64,000 bases of DNA from Dendrobates tinctorius (Eukaryota), in NCBI RefSeq assembly GCF_039654945.1, contig NW_027361869.1:8122001-8186000 (forward strand), given 5' to 3'. The notes beneath the pieces are model-generated. The model did not search any database. It was not told where the DNA came from and worked only from the letters and a program-made list of their open reading frames with translations. Position numbers and translations under genes: made by a program. Numbering within the stretch: the stretch's first letter is position 1; every line of letters begins with the position of its first letter. This document shows, piece by piece, positions 42,531-57,116 of this stretch.

Positions 42531-45500
42531 AATGATAATAATAATAATAATAATACAAAATTTTATTTTTATAGCGCCGACATATTCCGCAGCACTTTAC
42601 ATTTCAAAGGGGATTTGTACAGACAATAGACATTACAGCATAACAGTAATCACATACAGTAGATTATAACAAATACCAAGAGGAAAGAGGGCCCTGCTCG
42701 CAAGTTTACAGTCTATGAGGAAAGAGGTAGACACGAAAGGTGGGTGGTAACAGTTGCCCTGATTGTAGGAACCAGCCATACTGTTAGGTATGTGACAGTA
42801 CGGACACAGAGGGCTAATGGATGCATAAAACATGTGAGAACATGATGCGGGAAAACTGCTTATGGTAAAACTTTTGGCTGTGCCACACGGGGATAGATTA
42901 GGTTAATGTGTTGAGGCGATAGACCAGTCTGAATAAATGCGTTTTCAGGGCACGCTTAAAATTGTGGGGATTGGGGACTAATCGTATTGACCTGGGAAGT
43001 GCATTCCAAAGAATTGGCGCTGCACGTGTAAAGTCATGGAGACGGGAGTGGGAGGTTCTGACTATTGAGGATGCTAACCTCAGGTCATCAGCAGAACGGA
43101 GGGCGCGGGTAGGGTGGTATACTGAAACAAGGGAGGAGATGTAGGGTGGTGCTGAGCCATGGAAGGCTTTGTGGGTGAGGGTAAAAGGTTTATACTGAAT
43201 TCTGGAGTGGATGGGTAGCCAGTGTAATGACTGGCACAAGGTAGAGGCATCGGTGTAACGATTGGTGAGGAATATAATCCTGGCTGCAGCATTCAAGACA
43301 GATTGGAGGGGGGAGAGTTTGGTAAGAGGGAGACTGATTAGAAGAGAGTTACAATAGTCGAGAGGAGAATGAATAAGGGAAACAGTAAGAGCTTTTGCAG
43401 AGTCAAAAGTAAGAAAAGGTCGAATTCTAGAAATGTTTTTGAGGTGCAGATGACAAGAGCGAGCCAGTGATCGAATGTAGGGGGCAAAGGAAAGCTCGGA
43501 ATCAAGTATGACCCCAAGACAGCGGGCCTTTTACTGGGGAGTAATAGTGGAACCACACACAGAAATAGCAATGTTGGGTATAGGTACATTAGTAGAGGGA
43601 GGAAACATCAGGAGTTCAGTCTTTGACAGGTTCAGTTTCAGATATAGTGAGGACATGATATTAGACACAGTGTTTAGACAATCGCCGGTGTTTTCTAGAA
43701 AGGCTGGCGTGATGTCAGGAGAAGAAGCGTATAATTGGGTGTCATCAGCATAGAGATGGTACTGGAAACCAAATCTACTGATTGTTTGACCAATAGGGGC
43801 AGTGTACAAGGAGAAGAGGAGAGGGCCTAGAACCGATCCTTGGGGGACCCCAACAGTAAGGGGAAGGTGAGAGGAGGAGGAACCGGCAAAAGATACAGTA
43901 AAGGAGCAGTCAGAGAGATAGGAGGAGAACCAGGAGAGAACGGTGTCCTTGAGGCCAATGGAACGGAGCATAGTGAGGAGGAGCTGATGATCCACAGTGT
44001 CGAATGCTGCAGAGAGATCCAAGAGAATTAGCATGGAGTAATGACCATTTGATTTAGCTGTTAGCAGATCATTATAGACTTTAGTGAGGGCAGTTTCAGT
44101 GGAGTGTACAGAACGGAAATCGGATTGGAGAGGGTCGAGAACAGAGTTTTCTGAGAGATAGCGGATAAGACGGGAGTGGATCAGGCGTTCCAGGAGTTTA
44201 GAGATGAAGGGAAGATTAGAGACAGGTCTATAGTTAGCGGCACAGTTTTGGTCGAGGGATGGTGTTTTAAGTAGTGGATGTTTGATGGCAAACTTAAATG
44301 TGGAGGGAAAAATACCTGAAGAGAGAGGTTAAATAGTTTAGTTAGGTGAGGGGTGACAGCAGGGGAAAGGGACTGGAGGAGATGTGACGGAAATGGGTCA
44401 CTGGTGCAAGTAGTTGGGCGAGAAGATGCAAGGAGCCTGCTTACTTCTTCTTCTGTGACTGGTTCAAAATCAGAGAGTGAGCTAGATGCAGTGGGGGAGG
44501 GAGGACAGTGCATGGTATGAGGTGATTGGGAGATAATTTCCTGTCGGATCTGGTCAATTTTTTCTTTGAAGTAATTGGCCAGATCGTCAGCTCGGAGCTC
44601 CGAGGTTGGGGCCTGTACTCTTGGGTTGAGAAGAGAATGAAAAGTGTCAAAGAGACGTTTCGAGTTATTGGACAGTGAGGTGATGAGGGTGTTGAAATAG
44701 GTTTGTTTGGAGAGGTGAAGGGCAGTGTTGTATGTTCAAAGCATAAACTTATAATGGATGAAATCTTCGTGTAGATTGGATTTTCTCCACAGACGTTCGG
44801 CGCACCTGGAGCACCGCTGCAGGAAACGTGTTTGGGAAACGTGTTTGCACCGTGTGCCAGGGTTGTCGCCGTCTGTGTTGTGGTGTTCTAGTTATAAGGG
44901 GTGCAAATTCATCCAGGGCACTTTGAAGTGTTTCATTGTAATGCTTCAATGCAGAATCAGGGCATGAGAGGGAGGAGATAGGGGCCAATGAAGACTGCAA
45001 GTTCTTCGTAAGTTTCTGGGTGTTAATGGCCTGTATGTTTCTATAAGTCTGGACAGTGGGGGTGACCTGAGCAGCCTGGCAGTTCTTGATAGAGAATGAA
45101 AGAAGATTGTGGTCAGAGAGCGGGAGAGGGGAGTTTGCAAAATCATCCACTGCACAAAGCCGAGAGAAGACCAAGTCGAGGGAGTTTCCGACTTCATGCG
45201 TTGGAGAATTAGTAAGCTGCGAAAGGCCAAATGAGGAGGTTAGAGATAAAAGGTGAGCAGCAGATGGTGAGAGGGGAAGAGCAATGGGAATGTTGAAATC
45301 TCCCATGATGAGGGTAGGGATGTCACAGGAGAGAAAATGTGGAAGCCAAGTGGCAAAATGATCCAGGAACTGATGGGAGGGGCCGGGAGGACGATACACC
45401 ACCGCCACTCGCATGGAGAAGGGGGTGTAGGGTCTGACGGCATGGACCTCAAAAGAAGGGAAGACAAGTGAGGGTACTTGAGGGATAACCTGAAAGGTAC

Positions 45501-46233
45501 ATTTTGGTGATAGGAGCAGACCAACGCCTCCACCTGCTCTACTGTCTGATCTTGGGGTATGAGAGAAGTGTAGCCCCCCGTATGAAAGAGCAGCAGCAGC
45601 GGTAGTGTCTGACTGCTGGATCCAGGTTTCAGTAAGAGCCAGAAGGTTAAGAGAATTAGAAAGGAAGAAGTCATGGATGAAGGAGAGTTTGTTACAAACT
45701 AAGCGAGAATTCCAAAGTGCACAATTAAGAGAGACAGATGGCATGCAGGGAATATTAATAAGATTAGAGGGGTTTCTAAGTGTAGCAGTTGGGGGGTTTG
45801 ACTTTCTATAACATGGGGGACCAAGGTTGGGAGCAATGTCTCCTGCGACTAGGAGAAGGAGGATAGAAAGAGTGAGCAGATTGTTAAGTGATTTGTGAGA
45901 GCGTCTCTGATGTTGAATGGTGGGACTGACTGGATCTGTGCAATTTAACAATGTGAAAAGAGCGTGAGTGCTATACATAGGAGAGGAAAGGAGCGAGGGG
46001 CCGATATGGATGGAGTGTAGAGAGTTAATGCAAGGGCGGTGGATGTGTGTGAATGCAGCGGCCAGGATATAAATTATACAAATGCTTATGGTATATATTT
46101 GATGTGCTCCAAATGTACAGGGAGTAGATGTATATAAATGTCTTACCTGTCTCCTGCCCTGTCTAACTGCCATGCTATAACTGACAGTAGTACTTTGATT
46201 CATGTACTTCGATTACATGTGCATAAATGCCAC
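42531..46233 (-). mobile_element. L2-clade LINE with near-complete, degraded ORF2
   Basis: APE endonuclease motifs (LALTETW, YRPP, MGDFN, LDLVF, SDH), RT motifs ([25 protein letters not shown]), 3' tail GTGCTGCGGAATATGTCGGCGCTAT + (ATT)n; CACTGAT repeated at both junctions. Confidence 0.92.
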
Positions 46234-49200
46234 CACTGATCATACAACTCTGCGGGGACAGGGTGGTGGTACTGATAATACAGCTCTGCAGGGAGGAGGT
46301 GGTGGTGCTGAACATACAGCTCTGCAGGGAAAAGGTGGTGGCACTGAACATACAGCTCAGCGTGGACAAGGTGGTGGTACTAATCAGACAGCTCTACAGG
46401 GAGGAGGTGGTGGCACTGAACATACTTGTTTGCAGTGATGAGGTAGTGGCACTGATCATACAGCTCTGCAGGGATGAGGTGGTGGCACTGAAGATACAGC
46501 TCTGCAGTGATGAGGTGGTTGCACTGATCATACAGCTCTGTGGGGAGGAGGCGGTGGCACTGATCATAAGGCTCTGCAGGGACAAGGTTGTGTCACTGAT
46601 CTTACAGCTCTGTAGGGATGAGGTGGTGGCACTGATCATACAGTTCTGCGGGGAGGAAGTGGTGGCACTGATCATACAGCTCTTCAGGGAGGAGGTGGTG
46701 GCACTGATCATACAGCTCTTCAGGAATGAGGTAGTGGCACAGATCATACAGCTCTGCAGAGAGGAGGTGGTGGCACTGATTATACAGCTTTGCAGGGATG
46801 AGGTAGTGGCACAGATCCTACAGACCTGCAGGGACAAGGTGGTGGCACTGATCATACAGCTCTGCAGTGACAAGGTGGTGACACTGATCATACACCTCTG
46901 CGGCGATAAGGTGGTGGTACTGATCATACAGCTCTGCAAGGACCAGGTGGTGGCACTGATCATACAGCTTTGCGGGGACAATGTGTTTGCACTGATTATA
47001 CATCTCTTAAGGTATAAGTTGGAGGCACTGATCATGCGGTTCTTCAGGGATGAGGTTGTGGCACTGATCATACAGCTCTGCAGGGATGAGGTAGTGGCAC
47101 AGATCATACAGCTCTTCAGGAATGAGGTAGTGGCACAGATCATACAGCTCTGCAGAGAGGAGGTGGTGGCACTGATTAAACAGCTTTGCAGGGATGAGGT
47201 AGTGGCACAGATCCTACAGACCTGCAGGGACAAGGTGGTGGCACTGATCATACAGCTCTGCAGGGACAAGGTGGTGACACTGATCATACACCTCTGCGGC
47301 GATAAGGTGGTGGTACTGATCATACAGCTCTGCAAGGACCAGGTGGTGGCACTAATCAAACAGCTCTGCAGAGACGAGGTGGTGGCACTGATTATACAGC
47401 TCTGCAGGGAGGAGATGGTGGCACTGATCATACAGCTCTGCAGGAAGTAGGAGGTGGCACTGATTATACAGCTCTGTGTGGATAAGATGGTGGCACTGAT
47501 CATACAGCTCTGCAGGGAGGAGTTGGTGGCACAGATCACACAGCTCTGCAGGGACGAGGAGGTGGCACTGATCATGCAGCTCTATAGGTAAGAGGTGATG
47601 TCACTGATCATACTGCTCTGCAGGGAAGAGGTGGTGACACTGATCAAACAGCTCTGCAAGGACGAGGTGTTGGCACTGATCATACAGCTTTTCGGGGACA
47701 AAGTGGTTGCACTGATTATACATCTCTTAAGGTATAAGTTGGAGGCACTGATCATGCGGTTCTTCAGGGATGAGGTTGTGGCACTGATCATACAGCTCTT
47801 TAGGGATGAGGTAGTGGCACAGATCATACAGCTCTGCAGAGAGGAGGTGGTGGCACTGATTATACAGCTTTGCAGGTAGGAGATGGTGGCACTGATCATA
47901 AAGCTCTGCAGGGAGTAGGTGGTGGCACTGATCATACAGCTCTGCGGGGAGAATTTGATTGCACTGATCATACAGCTCTGCGGGGAGAATTTGATTGCAC
48001 TGATCGTACAGCTCTGCTCGGACAAAGTGGTGGCACTTATTATACAGCTTTGTGGGGACAAGGTGGTGGCACTGATCATACAGCTCTGCAGTGGCTAGGT
48101 TGTGGCACTGATCATGCAGTTCTGCAGGGATGAGGTAGTGGCACAGATCATATAGCTCTGTAGGGATGAGGTAGTGGCACAGATCATACAGCTTTGCAGG
48201 GAGGAGATCGTGGTACTGATCATAAAACTTTGCAGGGAGTAGGTGGTGGCACTGATCATACAGCTCTGCGGGGACAATTTGATGGCACTGATCATACAGC
48301 TCTGCTCGGACAAAGTGGTGGCACTTATGATACAGCTTTGTGGGGACAAGGTGGTGGCACTGATCATACAGCTCTGCAGTGACTAGGTTGTGGCACTGAT
48401 CATGCAGTTCTGCAGGGATGAGGTGGTGGCACTGATCATACAGCTCTGCAGGGAAAATTTGGTGACACTGATCATACACCTCTGCGTCGACAAGGTGGTG
48501 GTACTGATCATACAGCTGTGCAAGGACCAGGTGGTGGCACTGATCATAAAGCTCTGCAGAGAGGAGGTGGTGGCACTGATTATACAGCTTTGCAGAGAGG
48601 AGATGGTGGCACTGATCTGTGGGGACAATTTGATGGCACTGATCAAACAGCTCTGCTCAGACAAAGTGGTGGCACTTATGATACAGCTTTGCGGGGACAA
48701 GGTGGTGGCACTGAACATATAGCTCAGCGTGGACAAGGTGGTGGCTCTGATCTTAAAGCTCCACAAGGATGAGGTGTAGGTACTAATCATACTGCTCTGC
48801 AGGGAGGAGGTGGTGGCACTGATCATACAGCTCTGCGGGGACAAGATGGTGGCACTGAACATGAAGATCTGCAGGGATGATGTGGTGGCACTGATGATAC
48901 AGTTCTGCAGAGATGAGGTGGTAGCACTCCTCATACAGCTTTGCAGGGACGAGGTGGTGGCACTGATCATACAGCTTTTCATGGACAAGGTGGTGGCACT
49001 GATCAAACAGCTCTGCAAGGACGAGGTGTTGGCACTGATCATACAGCTTTGCGGGGACAATGTGGTTGCACTGTTTCTACATCTCTTTAGGTATAAGTTG
49101 GATGCACTGATCAGGGATGATGTTGTGGCACTTATCATACAGCTCTGCAGGGATGAGGTAGTGGCACAGATCATACAGCTCTGCAGAGAGGAGGTGGTGG

Positions 49201-52200
49201 CACTGATTACACAACTTTGCAGGGAGGAGATGGTGGCACTGATCATACAGCTCTGCTCGGACAAAGTGGTGGCACTTATGATACAGCTTTGTGGGGACAA
49301 GGTGGTGGCACTGATCATACAGCTCTGTAGTGACGAGGTTGTGGCACTGATCATGCAGTTCTGCAGGGATGAGGTAGTGGCAGCGATCATACAGCTCTGC
49401 AGGGATGATTCAGTAGCACAGATCATACAGCCCCGCAGGGATGAGGTGGTGGCACTGATCATACAGCTCTGCAGTGAAAAGTTGGTGACACTGATCATAC
49501 ACCTCTGCGGCGACAAGGTGTTGGTACTGATCATACAGCTCTGCAAGGACCAGGTGGTGGCACTGATCATAAAGCTCTGCAGAGAGGAGGTGGTGGCACT
49601 GATTATTCAGCTTTGCAGGGAGCAGATGGTGGCACTGATCATACAGCTCTGTGGGGACAATTTGATGGCACTGATCATACAGCTATGCTCGGACAAAGTG
49701 GTGGCACTTATGATACAGCTTTGCGGGGACAAGGTGGTGGCACTGAACATATAGCTCAGCGTGGACAAGGTGGTGGCTCTGATCTTAAAGCTCTACAAGG
49801 ATGAGGTGGAGGTACTAATCGTACAGCTCTGCAGGGAGGAGGTTGTGGCACTGAGCAAACAGCTCTGCATGGAAAGGTGGTGGCACTGAACATACAGCTC
49901 AGCGTGTACAAGGTGGTGGCACTGATCAGACAGCTCTACAGGGAGGAGGTTGTGGCACTGAACATACTGGTTTGCAGGAATGAGGTAGTGGCACTGATCA
50001 TACAGCTCTACAGGTATGAGGTGATGGCACTGAAGATACAGCTCTGCAGGGATGAGGTGGTTGAACTGATCTTGCAGCTCTGCAGGGAGTAGGTGGTGGC
50101 ACTGATCATAAAGCTCTGCGGGGACAATTTTATGGCACTGATCATACAGCTCTGCTCGCACAAAGTGGTGGCACTTATCATACAGCTTTGTGGGGACAAG
50201 GTGGTGGCACTGATCATGCACTTCTGCAGGGATGAGGTAGCGGCACCGATCATACAGCTCTGCAGGGATGATTCAGTAGCACAGATCATACAGCCTGCAG
50301 GGATGAGGTGGTGGCGTGTCACTGATCATACAGCTCTGCAGGGAAAAGTTGGTGACACTGATCATACACCTCTGCGGCGACAAGGTGGTGGTACTGATCA
50401 TACAGCTCTGAAGGGAATAGGTGGTGGCACAGATCCTACAGACCTGCAGGGACAAGGTGGTGACACTGATCATACGTCTCTGCGGCGACAAGGTGGTGGT
50501 AATGATCATACAGCTCTGCAAGGACCAGGTGGTGGCACTAATCATACAGCACTGCAGAGACGAGGTGGTGGCACTGATTATACAGCTCTGCAGGGATTAG
50601 ATGGTGGCACTGATCATACAGCTCTGCAGGCAGTAGGAGGTGGCACTGATTATACAGCTCTGTGTGGATAAGGTGGTGGCACTGATCATACAGCTCTGCA
50701 GGGAGTAGTTGGTGGCACTGATCATGCAGCTCTGCAGGTAAGAGGTGGTGTCACTGATCATACAGCTCTGCAGGGACAATGTGGTTGCACTGATTATACA
50801 TCTCTTTAGGTATAAGTTGGAGGCACTGATCATGTGGTTCTGCAGGGATGAGGTTGTGGCACTGATCATACAGCTCTGCTCGGACAAAGTGGTGGCACTG
50901 ATCATACAACTTTGCGGTGACAAGGTGGTGGCACTGATTTACAGTTCTGTGGCGACACGGTGGTGGCACTGATCATACAGGTCTGCAGGGAGGAGGTTGT
51001 CGCACTGAACATACTGGTTTTCAGGGATGAGGTGGTGGCACAGATCATACAGCTCTGCAGAGAGGAGGTGGTGGCACTGATTATACAGCTTTGCAGGGAG
51101 GAGATGGTGGCACTGATCATACAGCTCTGCGGGGACAATTTGATGGCACTGATCATACAGCTCTGCTCGGACAAAGTGGTGGCACTTATGATACAGCTTT
51201 GTGGGGACAAGATGGTGGCACTGATCATACAGCTCTGCAGTGACGAGGTTGTGGCACTGATCATGCAGTTCTGCTGGGATGAGGTAGTGGCACAGATCAT
51301 ACAGCTCTGCAGGGATGTTTCAGTAGCACACATCATACAGCCCTGCAGGGATGAGGTGGTGGCACTGATCATACACCTCTGCGGCGACAAGGTGGTGGTA
51401 CTGATCATACAGCTCTGCAAGGACCAGGTGGTGGCACTGATCTTAAAGCTCTGCAGGGATGAGGTGGTGGCACTGATCATACAGCTCTGCAGAGAGGAGG
51501 TGGTGGCACTGATTATACAGCTTTGCAGGGAGGATATGGTAGCATTGATCATTCAGCTCTGTGTGGATAAGATGGTGGCACTGATCATACAGCTCTGCAA
51601 GGACGAGGTGTTGGCACTGATCATACAGCTTTGCGGGGACAATGTGGTTGCACTGATTATACATCTCTTTAGGGATAAGTTGGAGCCACTGATCATGCAG
51701 CTCTGCAGGGATGAGGTTGTGGCACTGATCATACAGCTCTGCAGGGATGAGTTAGTGGCTCAGATCATACAGCTCTGCAGGGATGAGGTAGTGGCACAGA
51801 TCACACAGCTCTGCAGGGACGAGGAGGTGGCACTGATCATACAGCTCTGTGGTGAGGAGGCGGTGGCACTGATCATAAGGCTCTGCAGGGACAAGGTTGT
51901 GTCACTGATCTTACAACTCTGCAGGGAGTAGGTGGTGGCATTGATCATTCAGCTCTGTGTGGATAAGATGGTGGCACTAATCATGCAGCTCTGCAGGTAT
52001 GAGGTGGTGTCACTGATTATACAGCTCTGCAGGGAAGAGGTGGTGACACTGATCATACAGCTCTGCAAAGACGAGGTGTTGGCACTGATCATACAGCTTT
52101 GTGGGGACAATGTAGTTGCACTGATTATACATCTCTTTAGGGATAAGTTGGAGCCACTGATCATACAGCTCTGCAGGGACGAGGAGGTGGCACTGATCAT

Positions 52201-55200
52201 ACAGCTCTGTGGAGACAAGGTGGTGGCACTGATAATACACCTCTGCGGCGACAACGTGGTGGTACTGATCATACAGCTCTGCAGAGAGGAGGTGGTGACA
52301 CTGATCATACAGCTCTGAAGGGAATAGGTGGTGGCACTGATGATACAGCTCTGTAGGGATGAGGTGGTTGCACTGATCATACAGCTCTATGGGGAGGAGG
52401 CGGTGGCACTGATCATAAGGCTCTGTAGGGACAAGGTTGTGTCACTGATCTTACAGCTCTGCAGGGAGTAGGTGGTGGCATTGATCATTCAGCTCTGTAG
52501 GGAAGAGGTGGTGACACTGATCATAAAGCTCTGCAGGGATGAGGTAGTGGCACAGATCACACAGTGCTGCAAGGACCAGGTGGTGGCACTGATCATACAG
52601 CTATGCAGGGACGAGGAGGTGGCACTGATCATACAGCTCTGCGGGGACAAGGTGGTGACACTGATAATACACCTCTGAGGCGACAAGGCACTGATCATAC
52701 AGCTCTGCAGGGACAAGGTGGTGGTACTGATCATACAGCTCTGCAGAGAGGAGGTGGTGGCACTGATCATACAGCTCTGAAGGGAATATGTGGTGGCACT
52801 GATCATAAAGTTCTGCAGTGACGAGGTGGTGGCACTAATCATACTGCTTTGCAGGGAGGAGGTGGTGGCACTGATCATACAGCTCAGCAGGGAGGACGTG
52901 GTGGCACTGATTATACAGCTCAGCAGGGACAAGGTGGTGGCACTGATCATACAGCTTTGCGGGGATAATGTGGTTGCACTGATTATACATCTCTTTAGGG
53001 ATAAGTTGGAGGCACTGATCATGCAGTTCTGCAGGGATGAGATAGTGGCTCAGATCATACAGCTCTGCAGGGACGAGGAGGTGGCACTGATCATACACCT
53101 CTGCGGCCACAAGGTGGTGGTACTAATCATACAGCTCTGCAGTGACGAGGTCGTGGCACTGATTATGCAGTTCTGCAGGGATGATGTAGTGGCACCGATC
53201 ATACAGCTCTGCAGGGATGATTCAGTAGAACAGATCATACAGCCCTGTAGGGATGAGGTGATGGCACTGATCATACAGCTCTGCAGGGAAAAGTTGGTGA
53301 CACTGATCATACAGCTCTGCTCGCACAAAGTGGTGGCACTTATGATACAGCTTTGTGGGGACAAGGTGGTGGCACTGATCATGCAGTTCTGCAGGGATGA
53401 GGTAGTGACACCGATCATACAGCTCTGCAGGTATGATTCAGTAGCACAGATCATACAGCCTGCAGGGATGAGGTGGTGGCACTGATCATACACCTCTGCG
53501 GCGACAAGGTGGTGTTACTGATCATACAGCTCTGCAAGGACCAGGTGGTGGCACTAATCATACAGCTCTGCAGAGACAAGGTGGTGGCACTGATTATACA
53601 GCTCTGCAGGGAGGAGGTTGTCGCACTGAACATACTGGTTTGCAGGGATGTGGTGGTGGCACAGATCATACAGCTCTGCAGAGAGGAGGTGGTGGCACTG
53701 ATTATACAGATTTGCAGGGAGGAGATGGTGGCACTGATCATACAGCTCTGCAGGGAGTAGGTGGTGGCACTGATAATAGAGCTCTCCCGGGATAATTTGA
53801 TGGCACTGATCATACAGCTCTGCTCGGACAAAGTGGTGGCACTTATGATACAGCTTTGTGGGGACAAGATGTTGGCACTGATCATACAGCTCTGCAGTGA
53901 TGAGGTTGTGGCACTGATCATGCAGTTCTGCAGGGATGAGGTAGTGGCACCGATCATACAGCTCTGCAGGGATGTTTCAGTAGCACAGATCATACAGCCC
54001 TGCAGGGATGAGGTGGTGGCACTGATCATACAGCTCTTCAGGGAAAAGTTGGTGACGCTGATCATACACCTCTGCGGCGACAAGGTGGTGGCACTGATTA
54101 TACAGTTCTGCGGCGACAAGGTGGTGGCACTGATCACACAGGTCTGCAGGGAAAAGGTGGTGTTATTGAACATACAGCTCAGCGCGGACAAGGTGGTGGC
54201 ACTGATCAGACAGCTCTACAGGGAGGAGGTTGTGGCACTAAACATACTGGTTTGCAGGGATGAGGTTGTGGCACTGATCATACAGCTCTGCAGGGAGGAG
54301 GTGGTGGCACTGATCATACAGCTCTGCAGGGAATAGGTGGTGGCACTGATCGTACAGCTCTGCTGGGACAAGATGGTGGTACTGATCATAAAGCTCTGCA
54401 GGGATGATGTAGTGGCACTGATCATACAGGTCTGCAGAGACGAGGTGGTGGCACTGATCATACAACTTTTCGTGGACAAGGTGGTGGCACTGATCAGACA
54501 GCTTTGCGTGTACAAGGTGGTGGCACTAATCAGGTAGCCCTGAGGGGATGACGTGGTGGCACTGATCAAAAAGCTCTGCAGGGATTAGGTGGTGGCACTG
54601 ATCATACAGCTCTGCAAGGAGTAGGTGGTGGCACTGATCATACAGCTTGCGTTGACAATGTGGTGGCACTGATTATACAGTTCTGCGGCGAAAAGGTGGT
54701 GGCACTGATCATACAGCTCTGCATGTAAAGGTGGTGGCACTGAACATACAGCTCTGCAGGGAAAAGGTGGTGGCACTGAACATACAGGTCAGCAGGGACG
54801 AGGTGGTGGCACTCATTATAGAACTCTGCAGGGGTGAAGTGGTGGCACTGATCATACAGGCCAAAAATGGGGGACGGGGTATGGAGTATGGCATGCGGAT
54901 GGAGAGCACATTGATGCTGGAACCAGCGCGTCGCCTATCACGCTCCCCCATCAGTACATAGGTTTTCATCTGTGCTTTTTTTTTTTTTTAGTAATTACAG
55001 AAAAGCAGGAGGATTTGTGGTTTATTGGCTTAATTAATTTTCTTCTGTTACATAATATTTGTTCAGTGAACCTGCGGATAATTACACTACACTAATGTGG
55101 GGTTAACCCTCTGTGTAGCTCTAGGACTTTTCACCAATGATGGCAATTAGCTCGATCTGCACGTGCCGCAATCTCCTCAGTCACTTACAGTATTATCGGG

Positions 55201-55384
55201 ACTCCCAGCTGTTTCTGCACTGATTACAGGGGGCTATAAGCAGCAGATGTTCTCGAGGAGCCCGATGTGAGATGAAGGTGGCGCATCTATGAACACTGGT
55301 AAATAAGAGGGGATCAGCAGGAACAAGGCAAGTAAGAGGTTAAACAGAGGAGGAAAGGCGTCTATGTACATCGCTGAAGGCTGA

Positions 55385-55457
55385 GGGCGGCGCTTAACCG
55401 AGGATTCCCGCTCATTGTCTGATCGCAGGATCCGTTTGGGGATTTGAACTTCCCGCT
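55385..55457 (-). promoter_or_regulatory. Gene-less E2F/CHR/Myb-like module facing the satellite
   Basis: Minus strand AGCGGGAAGTTCAAA-TCCCC-AAACGG, second GAGCGGGAA, GC box. Confidence 0.45.
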
Positions 55458-55885
55458 CTTCTTCCGCCGAGGATTATTAGCGGACATCACAATCCGGTCA
55501 CACAGAGAACCGCGCAGAGTCCGGCCCTCCAGAGCCGCCATCACGGGATCGCCCTCCGGGAGGAGCAGCAGTCACTGATGTGGACAATCACCGGCCGCCA
55601 TCCCCCGATACTCCGGGACGTGATAACCGCATGTAATCTCCACAGCAGAGTCAGGGGCCCGAGTATCAAGACATTCACTAATGAGGGACATTTCCTGTGA
55701 CTATTCGAGGACTCCTCTCCCCACACAGGTCTGAGGCTTCATGTGATAACCCAGACATGGGCATCCTCAGTGTTTTGTGTTGAACCCCGGAATCAAGTGT
55801 GTATGGGCACCAACCTACAAACTGGTGGCGGCAGCCCGTGGTGCCTAACGTCAGTCCCATGTGAGCACGCAGAGATCAGCGGCGT

Positions 55886-55926
55886 CAGCTCTTGTGGCGA
55901 CGGTGTGGGTGGCTCTTAGAAGAGCC
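55886..55926 (-). terminator. H2A 3' stem-loop and HDE
   Basis: Minus strand GGCTCT-TCTA-AGAGCC-ACCCA...AAGAGCTG. Confidence 0.95.
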
Positions 55927-55959
55927 TTTGGTGTTGTGGACAGAGATCGGCGGCAGCGC

Positions 55960-57041
<1,082 letters not shown>

Positions 57042-57075
57042 TCTGCTCAGTCTGCTGCTCCGCCATCACCCCAAA

Positions 57076-57116
57076 GGCTCTTCTAAGAGCCACCACCCCA
57101 TCTCCATCAGAGCTGT
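57076..57116 (+). terminator. H2B 3' stem-loop and HDE
   Basis: GGCTCT-TCTA-AGAGCC-ACCACC-CCATCTCCAT-CAGAGCTGT. Confidence 0.95.
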
